Assembly: GCA_964187785.1 (NCBI GenBank)
Contig: OZ076409.1
Coordinates: 83,206,001 to 83,270,000 of the forward strand
Source of the DNA: Amphiscolops sp. MND2022
Taxonomy: Eukaryota
Reading direction: 5' to 3'
DNA: 64,000 nucleotides
A model generated the notes under the pieces. That model was given only the letters and a program-made list of their open reading frames with translations, had not been told where the DNA came from and did not search any database. The translations under genes and the position numbers were made by a program. Below, piece after piece: positions 1-9,800 of this stretch; the first letter of the stretch is position 1, and every line of letters starts with the position of its first letter.

Positions 1-1388
1 CAACACTCCCATTTCCGGTTTCATCACGGAAAAGGCGGCAAAATAAATGCCTAGTTTGAATTTCTATCGCAAAAGGCACGCTGACGTGAACAATGATTCA
101 CTCACTGTCTAGCGAAGAACATCCGTTCGCAACAAAAGTATGACAAGCAAAAATGGTTACGGAAATATTGCGGATGAATTTTAGACTAAAGTGTTAAACA
201 TTTTGGAAAGGAACAAATGATGCTGGGGAGTAATTAGCACATATCAGGGATTGAGTTATCGTAATAAAACACAACTTTAGATTGTAATTTACATGCAACA
301 ATTGGGCTAAATATTCTAACTGTAATTTACATGCGTAGATTGGGTTAAATAATATAACAAACATAATTCACCACAAACTTCAACAAACATAAAATACCGT
401 TTCAACAACGGAGAGCACCTGTTTCACATATTTTCTTCTGTCTTGATCTGCAACACGAATGTTTTAATTGATCACGAAACGGGACAAATCCGGATGGAAA
501 AAGTGAAAACTTGTAATGTTTTGAATATTTTAGTATGATTCTACATGTTCTCAGGAATGTCTTGATGTATTAGAATATTCTCTGAGTCTTAGGATTTTCC
601 ACGGTTGTTTTACATGTATTAACATTAGGTATAGCTTCATCTATTACAATTTGCTCCGTAAACGCCCCGTAAATGCTCCGTACGTATTGAGATTGAGTGT
701 AGCTTTCTTAGCTGCTAGCGGAACAAACTCGGAGTAAATTCGCCATCTTTAAATTCATTCTTAGTGACGTCATCGGAGTGGTTTCTTACTAGCGTGAGCG
801 CAAATATACCGGTCTTAGCAGCGACGCTATTGGTCCGTAAAAATAGAAATACCTGTTACTTGTTTATCTGAGCGACGCTGTCATAACGTTGTAAAAGTTT
901 GCTCAGGTTACTTGACTGTAATTTGAGAGGCTTTCTTACAACTACTTCAGATTCCAAATTGAATCTGCTATACTATTTTGATGTTCTTTTCATTTTAGAT
1001 CGTATGAGTTCCGTTGGGATTACGGAATTAAATATTGTTTTAGTGTTTTCATTTCAGTGTGGAAAGGAGAGAAATGATCCCAGCGTTATGAGTGTTTTTC
1101 TTTCTTAATATTTAGATTGGCATGCAATTTTCAGCCGTTGAAACCGGAAGTAACAAAAATGTTTACATGTGAAAACATTAAACCGGAAATCTTATTTTGC
1201 TTAAAATCATTTTGGATACTTTCACGTAACGCTTCCGTGGATTTTAATTCGTGTTGCAGTCTAGACAAAGGTGAGTTAATGTATAAAGTTTACTTAACAC
1301 TGCGTAATTCTTCCGTGTCCTCTCCCTCTTGCGAATTTTGGGATTCCTCCGCAGCAAGAAAAATCCCGACCGGGAGCGGGTCGTGACA
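1..1388 (-). repeat. 3' LTR of element A (partial; about 0.7 kb predicted to lie outside the window)
   Basis: Matches 13723..15110 with no differences noticed by eye. Homology stops exactly at ...TCGTGACA (1388), which is the TGTCACGA terminus on the minus strand. Confidence 0.95.
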
Positions 1389-1995
1389 GGGCGCCTCTAT
1401 AGCCTGAAGACACGGGCCGGGGGCAGTGCGGAATCTCCCTTGTGATGAGCACAGGCTGCTTGCGAGTCCTTGTCAGCAACGTAGAAGTGAAACGGGCCCC
1501 ACGTCCGCATAGTGCGTTGAACTCTGAGCTGCTCTGCAAGTCGATTCCATAGACGTTCTCTATATCTTCTATGGTAGGCTCCGTCAGATCATCAAGCCGA
1601 TTAATTTTTGTAGGCGGCTCGTTGAGCGAAAGTTCTCCGTTGGTTATATCCTGTAAGACTGGAGCAGGCTGTAGTGGAGGCAGTTGACGGGGGGTGTCCG
1701 GTTCTTCGAAGTAGCTCTCATCGGTTGTGTTAATATTTTGCCCTTCTACTCTGAACTCTTCTCCCTCACTGACTGGTGAGGTCGAAAACGTAATTTTCTT
1801 ATACGGGGATGGGCCGGATTCGAAAGTTGAGGCTGTCATTTCCATGCTCGTTTCACTCCCCATTTTGGCTACTGTAGACTCTCCGCTCAGATTGAGGGCT
1901 TGTATCACGTTGAGCGGGTAGAATTTGATGGGAGTACTCTGCTGTAGGGGGGTGCTTTCTTCATCTGACGAAATGTCGATGATCATGTTGCTCAT
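1294..1995 (-). CDS. Element A sense accessory ORF, 233 aa, S/T/E/P-rich with an N-terminal SIM-like motif; ends inside the 3' LTR
   Basis: ATG-initiated ORF beginning MSNMIIDISSDEES. Motif PVLITREIP is matched by PVVISHEIP in the equivalent ORF of element C, and GRGHG is matched in the same frame at the start of the element B LTR. Confidence 0.7.
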   Translation of the reverse strand: MSNMIIDISSDEESTPLQQSTPIKFYPLNVIQALNLSGESTVAKMGSETSMEMTASTFESGPSPYKKITFSTSPVSEGEEFRVEGQNINTTDESYFEEPDTPRQLPPLQPAPVLQDITNGELSLNEPPTKINRLDDLTEPTIEDIENVYGIDLQSSSEFNALCGRGARFTSTLLTRTRKQPVLITREIPHCPRPVSSGYRGALSRPAPGRDFSCCGGIPKFARGRGHGRITQC

Positions 1996-2614
1996 TTTTG
2001 AATTTTGAAGATTTCAGCTGACTTAACTTCACGTTTGCGATGCGGCAAATGAAAAGGTCAACTTCCTTTTCATTCGTAATTTTCCTGCATTCCTATTGGC
2101 TGTTATTTTCCGATTTATTCCGGTTCACTTTATCTTCGGGAACGTTTCGTTTCCGACTGCGCTGTGATTGGCTGAACCGATATAAATAAAGTTTCTGATT
2201 TTGAACTTTATCATGACGTCGTGAATTCTTTTCCGAGAGCAATCCGTGTGACGTCATTAATTAGGAAAATGATTTTTTCTTTTTAGGACATTTAGAAGGT
2301 CAAATTTAATCTTTGATTTCTTTTTCCTTTTGGAAGCGATATACTTCCGTCAATATCATATTTTGCTTAAATGCGAGGGGAAAAGGATTATGCATTTTCT
2401 TTCTTCGATCTTTAGTGTTCTTCTTAATATCTTTTCCGATGTATCCTCGGGGTTGAAGATTTTGTTGTTTTCATTCTTCGGGTATTTTCCGGCTTTTCCT
2501 TTAAGCTTTTAGTCCCTATCAGAGTTGGTGTTTCTTTTCTTTTGTTGTAGCAGGGTAGTGAAGGTTGTCTTTTTTTTTCAGATTGCTGTTAAACTGCTTC
2601 TCTGTTCTTCCAAC
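1996..2614. promoter_or_regulatory. Putative bidirectional internal promoter between the two accessory genes of element A
   Basis: Non-coding gap between head-to-head ORFs. Contains ATTGG (CCAAT) boxes near 2095 and 2167, TATAAATA at 2181 and a CRE palindrome TGACGTCA at 2249-2256. Confidence 0.5.
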
Positions 2615-5600
2615 ATGGAGAAAGAAGTCAATTCTCTTGATCCTCAGGCCTCAGGTTTCCAGAGTGGTTACGAGACGAACTATTGTTACTCCGATAAGGA
2701 CGTTGTTGCTTCTGAGGGAGAGAATCTGTTCCCTGTTTCAGGTTGGTAAAATCTTTCTGACTTTCATGGGTAATTGGACTATTCTTTTTGGTGATCAGCC
2801 TTTTGTAGTCTTACCCGTAACTCTGACGCGTCAAACCAGATGTTGATTTTCAGTAACTCAACCTGCTTCTTCTTCTGCCACTCCCGGAGTCGTGACGTTA
2901 GACTCTACTACTGGGAGCAAGAAAACAACTTCTGGATCGTCAAACGTGTTGCCGCCAGTTTCTTCAGTTCTTTCTACTGCGCCTTTGAGTCCTACGCTGG
3001 CTACTATTAACGAGATGTTGGCCGCAGTCCTTCCGAATGATTCTGATCCAAGTCCTTCTACTCCCCTGATATCTAGTACCTCAGCTGCAGTGCCCCAAAG
3101 TGTGGCTAATGAGTTGATCACAGTTGGCCTTTCCGATGCTGTCGCGGAGTCGGGATGTGCAGGTGATAGTGGTGGAGAGTCTCACGGAGGTGAGGCCGAT
3201 GCCCCCCCCCAGGAGAAAGAAGGTTTGTTGCTACTTCTTTTTTTTTTTTTTTTTTCGTTGTCTCCTCTATAGAGTGTCTATAGTGCTAAGGTTATTCTGT
3301 GCTGTAGGTGTTTCGAGTTCAGGTGTTGCTCGAAAGCTTTCTTTCAAAGATGCGACGCCAACCAAGCGGGCCAAGAAATCTGTGGAGCTTTTCCCACCTC
3401 CTCCCCCATTGAAAGCTGCTACTTCAGTTTGGATTAGTTAGTAGTTTTGTTGTATTCCTAGTTAGTTGGGTAATTGGCTGTGTTTTGGGAGAGTAAAGAG
3501 GTGATAAGTGATTTGTTAGTCTGACGGTTGAGTAGTGTGTGATGTTGTAGGCCCCGATGAAGAAGAGCCTTACAGTACCGGGGCGATTGCGTTGAGTCCT
3601 CATGACGTGGCTCTGTTGGGTCAGCAACTTGTGGAGGAGGTTGGCGGACGGACTACGCAGACAATTCAGAGTGGTTAGTATGTTTATTGAGATATTGTGT
3701 CGTGGGTTGTGTTCTATTTACAGGTCACGTCCGTTAGGTTTTATTTTCTTTTGGGAGTTTTAGTGTGGGTGTTCTGTTGCAGGATTCAATGATCTAGTTA
3801 CTCGTGTAGAAGAGCATCTTGGGACTACAAAGAAAACAAAGAAATACAGTAGCCGAAATGCTTTGCGCCGGGATATGTTGGAGTTAAATCCTGCTTACAA
3901 AGTCTTCGTCTCGGGTCCGAAGTGCGGCTCTGGGAAGTTCTTTTTCTGTCGGGTGTGTCAGCGTGACGTCGGCATGAAAGCGCAGGGAGCTGGCGAGTTC
4001 GCTCGACACTTTGGGAGTGACCGTCATTGGTACAAAGATGTCACTTATCGTGTGCATATGGGGCTTCCGGTATTAAATCGATTGATGGAACCCATGGTGT
4101 TGACTGACAATCAGATCGCCGATTACAAGTCTCGGGCCTTCGTGGATCTAGCGGAGGGGTATCCTTTTCCGGAGGATCTTGTTCCAAAGCACGCCACTGT
4201 TTCTTCCCGGGTACCCTTCATGACGCTTGTGTCTAGTTTCTGCGAACTACTGCAAAGTGGAGGCGATTACACGACGTTACGACGCTTGTGGGGCCACTTC
4301 TGTTCGTCAGTGGATGCAGAGCGGTTAAATTATTCAATACGTTGGAGCCGGTCAGAGACCGTGGTTAGTTGAATAATTGTTTGGTGTACCGTCTTCTTTG
4401 TTCTGTTGTTGGTGTTAGGGATTCGCTGGGGGCCCGTTTAATCCTTTTGTTTTGTTTTAGTCGTTCTTGTGTCAGGGCCTTGCTCCGAGGGTTCTGCGCC
4501 AGGTGCTGAAAAATATTGTGACCTTCAAGGAGTATGCTGTGCAGTTCGAGAAGACCTTGAGTGAGGAACGCTGCTATGTGCTGTGTTGGGAGGGAGACTT
4601 TTTGAAGAAAGTTTGTGTGGCCAGTCAATCTTTGGAACTCCCTGTGCCTGACGCGGAGCTAGTACCGTTGGCGCGGATTATGTGCAGTCTGGGCACTAAG
4701 CAATTGCCTCTGTCAATTGTGGGCGGGAGCCCGACTTTGCTCCGGGTGCTGAGTGACCACCGCGATGATGGGCGACGTTTCCTGGTCGTGCAGCGTTTCA
4801 CTGAAGAGGTGTTATTACAGAGTTTTCGGCAAGCTCATCAGGACGTGTTCGGCATGTTGGAGGTCGTAACTGCAGTTGAGCATGTGGTCTTACGTCTGAG
4901 GAGCGTTATTTATGAGGACTGGTTGGAGGATAAGCCCTGTCTGAGGAGGTGTATCCGAGCTGGCGCCGTCCCCTTTGCAGATTTCCGGACCGTGTTGACA
5001 GATCTGATTGAGCTGTGGCCTACTTTCAGGCCTTATATTCGTTACACCGGACATCCTCATCTCAAAGAGGTCGTTGATAGGGTGAGTGTTTTTTTTTTCT
5101 TTTCGGGTATTTGGTATGTTGACGTTGTTTTGCCACTGGTTAGGGATATGTCTTGTATTCTATTTTTCCTATGTTTTAGGTGCGAGGTACCGATTTCGAG
5201 TTGATTTCGGATAACCTGTTGGTACTGCGTTTCGGGTTGCTTCGCTTGGTGCTGAATTTGTGTGAGTATGGTTTGGTTCTTCTGTCAGTTGTTTCTAGAC
5301 TGTTTTTGCTTGTATATTGGGTTGACTGACTGTCCTTCGATTGTCGTTCCGGCTGTGTGTCGTATTTTATAGTACTTTTGTTAACGTGTGTGTTGTTTCA
5401 GTTAACGTTAACTTCGAAAAGTTGCAGCAAGCCCGTCCTGACTACGTGTTTCACAGTTACGGTGAAATTTGCAATTTCATTTATTGTCTGTTGCTGAAGA
5501 CTCGTGTTGACGCAGATCTGCCGGGTATTCATGAGTGGGAAGCTTACATGGATGTTTCAAAGTTGGAATCCTTTCGATCGTTGCCAATTGAAGATTTCCT

Positions 5601-6633
5601 AGTGAATTACCCGTACGGAAAAGAACTTGCTGCCGGGAAAACGAGCGAGATCCGGGAATTCCGGGTAAAGTGTCGCATTTTCTTGGATCAACTTGTTGTT
5701 GTGCTGCTTCGGAACGTAACCGTGACGTCTCAATTGTGTCAGGGACTGTACAGTTTCTGTCCTGAGATCATGCTGGAGGGCGATGACAGTAGTATATTCA
5801 GCTTGTTTTTCTCCTTGTGTGAATTGTTAAAATCCTGTGGTGCTTTGAATGATGATGAGATGGATGCTGCTGTTGAGGAGTATCACAGCTATATTGTGGA
5901 GAAACGGAGGCATCACGCGAGCGGTAGCTTTTCTGCTAGTGCTATTCCGGACGTCGTTCGCTATCTGGTGCGAGACTTCAGTTTTCAAGCCCGGGTTCAT
6001 CTGTTTCGTGTTTTTAAGCTTTGTTGCTTGATTGTCGGAATGCCAGAGAGTGTTCCTCCTACTGTCATTATGGATCTGAGTGGCTGTGCTTTTGATGCGG
6101 GGACGTTCCAGGACTGCTTGTTATTGGTACAGTCGTTTATTCTGAGTTGGGGTTATTCGCACAAGTCATTTTTTGTGGACAGTACGTTGGATGCCGTTCG
6201 TGAAGCAGTTGATAGTGCAGGGTTATTTTATGTATCCCCTGGTTTTAATTTGTGGAATGGATTGTCCGATGTGGGGCTAGATGATTTGCTCGATGTGTAC
6301 AGATCGCGTTATCGGGAGTTTCTGTTGGAGCGCCGTAAGTCTTTCGAGAGTCACTACATTGGCCTTAACAAAGTTAACCGTGAGTCGCGTTCCAGGCAAG
6401 GTTCAGTCGTTAGTGAGTCAAGTTGTGTTCTGAGTTCTGCTACTAAAAGTAAGAAGGCTGATGAGTCGAGACAACCTGTTCCCAGTGCCTCTAAACCAAA
6501 GAAGAGCGGTTATACGTCCGGAAGTAGCGGAGTCAGTACATCAACGAAACCGAAGAAGGGAAAGAAAAAAGGCGAGGAGGATCCTGACGTGGTCCATAGG
6601 TTGAAGAAGCCTTCCAAGAGTAAACAAAACTGA
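2615..6633 (+). CDS. Antisense 8-exon accessory gene of element A, 1087 aa; C2H2/BED-like zinc finger, probably hAT-transposase-derived
   Basis: Hand-spliced exons 2615-2741, 2854-3222, 3308-3436, 3551-3673, 3783-4363, 4461-5081, 5180-5261 and 5402-6633. All seven introns are GT..AG (85-140 nt) and keep frame; the total is 3264 nt from ATG to TGA. Zinc finger CRVC-x16-H-x5-H; basic C-terminal tail. Confidence 0.85.
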
Positions 6634-6816
6634 TGATCCTTATTCTTTAATGTGTCGTCGTTTGTTGTGCCTCTTGTTGTATTATGTTCTTTGTTGGCTA
6701 ACTTTTGTTCATTCTTATGGGGCACTCCTTTTTTTTGTGTTTTGTAGTTCTGTAGATTTGGATGATTGGAAAATTTAACATAGCTATTCCGGTTCGGTTT
6801 AGCCTGATGAGAGTTT

Positions 6817-9800
6817 TCATTCATTTTGAGTCTGAGATGTTTCTTCCGTTGTGACTGCGTCAAGCATCCGAAAATCTGGATGTGCGTTAGGCTTAGGATT
6901 AGGACGTAAATTGTATCTTCCAGTTTTCCTCGGGTTGTATCCGACAACTATAGGCGGTAGTGTAGGTGGTATGGGAGGGCTTTCTATAGGCGGCGGAATC
7001 ATTATGAAAGGGTTGTCGCTGACATCTAGATTAAGTGACGTTTCATTTCCTGAGGGAGGTTGCTCTGCCGTCGAGTTTTCATCTGCAGTTGTTATAACTG
7101 TATCTTGTTCCGTCGTAACTCCGTCATCCGCTGTCAGTTCTGTGATGGTGGCTTCCTCATTTTCTCTTTCCGATGAGTTTCCGAACAGAACTTCTCCGAA
7201 TTCGGTTTCCCAAGCTTGCGCGTACCAATCGTCATGGGTTGTTTTAACCTCAGGATCTGGAAGTTGATCTTCCACTTTGACTGTTACGTCAGGTACTCGT
7301 TGATTGGGCGCGTATAGCCTTAGGCGAATTCTATGGAGGGTTTGCGTATATCTTGTTCCTGTCCGTCTTACGACATAGTTGTTGTTGGAAAGAACTTTGA
7401 CCACTATATATGGTCCTGTCCAAATGCAATCTTTGAAAGCGAATTTCATTGACTGGTTATCAGCCTTCGGATTCAGGACATAGCAATAGTCATTGATTTT
7501 CAATGGCGTTGCTGTCGCTTTTTTATCATAATATCGCTTATATTTCAAATATGATTGCATAAGGTTGTCCTTGGCTGATTGATGTATCTCAGTTATTTGT
7601 TTTTGTAATTCGTCCGTTAGGTCTTCGTTGGCATCTTTCTTCCATTCTGGCTTGAGTCCCAATTTGATGTCCAGGATGTTATACGGGATGCGTCCGTGAA
7701 ACACCGTTGTTGGTTCACAGCCTAGGCTCTCGTGATAGCTTGTATTGTAATTCATGACTGCGATTTGGACGTATCTGTGCCACATTGAACGGCGTTCACC
7801 CGTTGATATTTTGAGGGAAGTTTTTAATGAGGCATGAGTTCTCTCGAGTATCCCAATTGTCTGTGCATGTTTTGTCGATGCGTGGCTAATCCGTACGTCT
7901 AGTGTTTGTGCTATCTGATTTATGACGTCTGATCGAAATTGTGATCCTTTGTCTGTGAGGATTATTGTAGGCAGATAGCAGTGGCGTGTCATGACGTCTA
8001 TTATGCATCGGCCTACTGTTCTGGCAGTCATGTCTTGTGCAGGGTACGCGAATAGGTAGCGGGAGAAAACGTCCATCATGGTTATGATGTGTTTGTAGCC
8101 ATTTGATGCAGGTAGGTTGGGTAGTATATCGACTTCTAGACAGTCTTCTGGTCCGAATGTGAATTCTGTATTACTCAGCATTTTAGGACGTATTTGGCGC
8201 GTGTCAATTCGTTTGTTGGCTATGCAGTCTGGGCAGTTGATGACCCAGGCTCGGATTTTTCGCGCTAGTCCCGGGTAGTAGTACTTTGCTCGGCTTTCCT
8301 GAATCATTTTGGTGATTCCTGGGTGTTTGTTCATTTTTCCGTGTAGCGTCGATAAGAGCTCTGGTACGATGTGTTTCGGTATGAGAATTTGGTTATGTGT
8401 TACTGTGCCATCTTCTCCGTAGTATTTACGCATGAGTACTCCGTCTTTGACTATTATTCTTTCTTCGTGACGTAGTAGGTTCCGTCCTCTAGGTTCGGTC
8501 TTGAGGAGATGTTTGTCGTACTCTTCGTGGAGCAGTCGTAGTTTCAATGCTTTCAATATTGGGTCCGCGTCCTGTTCGTTGCGAATGCGGGCATTTTCCT
8601 TGATGGCTCCAAAGGCGTATACTGCTGAGTTGAGAGGTATGTGTACTGTTTCTGCGACTTCCGTTGTCAAGTTCTGTTGTTCCTTTTCGTCTATTGCTCG
8701 TTGCTTGCTAAGGGCTTTCCTGGCGAAAATTTCTTGTTCTGATTCCTCTTCTTCGTCTGGCAGGAAAAAGAGTTGTTCTTCGTCCGCAACGTCTGTGGAC
8801 TGTAGATTAACCTCAATTGGCGCCGTTATGATGTCGTCTCGTAATTTGAGTTGGATTCGTTCTTTTGGGGTTAGTTCGAGGCGAGACAGGAAGTCGGCTG
8901 CTGTATTTTGCGAGCCCGCTACGTGCATGATCCGGAATTTGAACTGAAGTACGTAGTCACAGGCATTCCAGAGAGCGGGTGGCGTTGTTTTCGTCTGGAA
9001 AAATCTCGTTACTGATCTGTTGTCTGTCAGTACTAGTGTGGGTAGTGTTGTTTCCCAGAGAATGTGACTATATTCGAGGAATGCATGATATATTGCGAGG
9101 AATTCTTTGCAGTATATCGACATCTTCAGTTGTGACGGAGAGAAGACGCGAGATCCGAAAGCTACGGGTGCGAAAGTTTTTCTTTTGGAGAGAAGTTTTT
9201 TATCATCATTTTCTTCTATCATGAGCGCGTATCCAGATGCTCTGAAACTAGCATCCGTCATGAGCACGTATTGTTTTCCTGCAATCGGCTGTCTGAGTGC
9301 AAGTCCACAGGCTTCCGCTAGGCTTGCGTTGATAGCTTTGAAATTGTCAACTAGTTCCTCTGATATAGTGATTTTGGCGTCTGCTTTTAGGAGTTCGTAC
9401 ATACCGATCATTTTTTCTGACAGTCGTGGTATGTAGTTTCGGTAGTAGTTGATGAATCCGATATATTTTTGGACTTGCTTCTTTGATCTGGGGAATCTGA
9501 TTTTGGACAAGAAATTGGTGATCTTGTGGTCTTGCGGGGCTATTCCGTTAGGCGTGATGGTTCTTCCGAGGAATTCAACTTGAGTGACCCCGAAGTGGCA
9601 TTTCTCGATTGTCAGTTTTAGGCCAGCTTTGCGGATGCATTTGAAGACTGCTCTGATGTTCTTGATTAGTTGTTCCGTTGTATTTGCGGCAATCCCAATG
9701 TCATCAACATATTGGGCACACTGATCTGCTTTGATGACTGTGTCCAGATATTCTCGCATGAAGCTCGAGAATGCTGACAGTGCTCTGCTGAGGCCTTGTG

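Noticed and set aside
899..1386. Short plus-strand ORFs 899-1108 and 1117-1386 (and copies at 14621 and 14839)
   Set aside because: TTG starts and no recognisable motifs; duplicated only because they lie in the LTR.
2615..6633. env gene, or a resident host gene
   Set aside because: It is antisense to pol with no signal peptide, furin site or TM anchor. It lies between the LTRs and has a homologue at the same place in element C. No TIRs or TSD of a nested DNA transposon were noticed.
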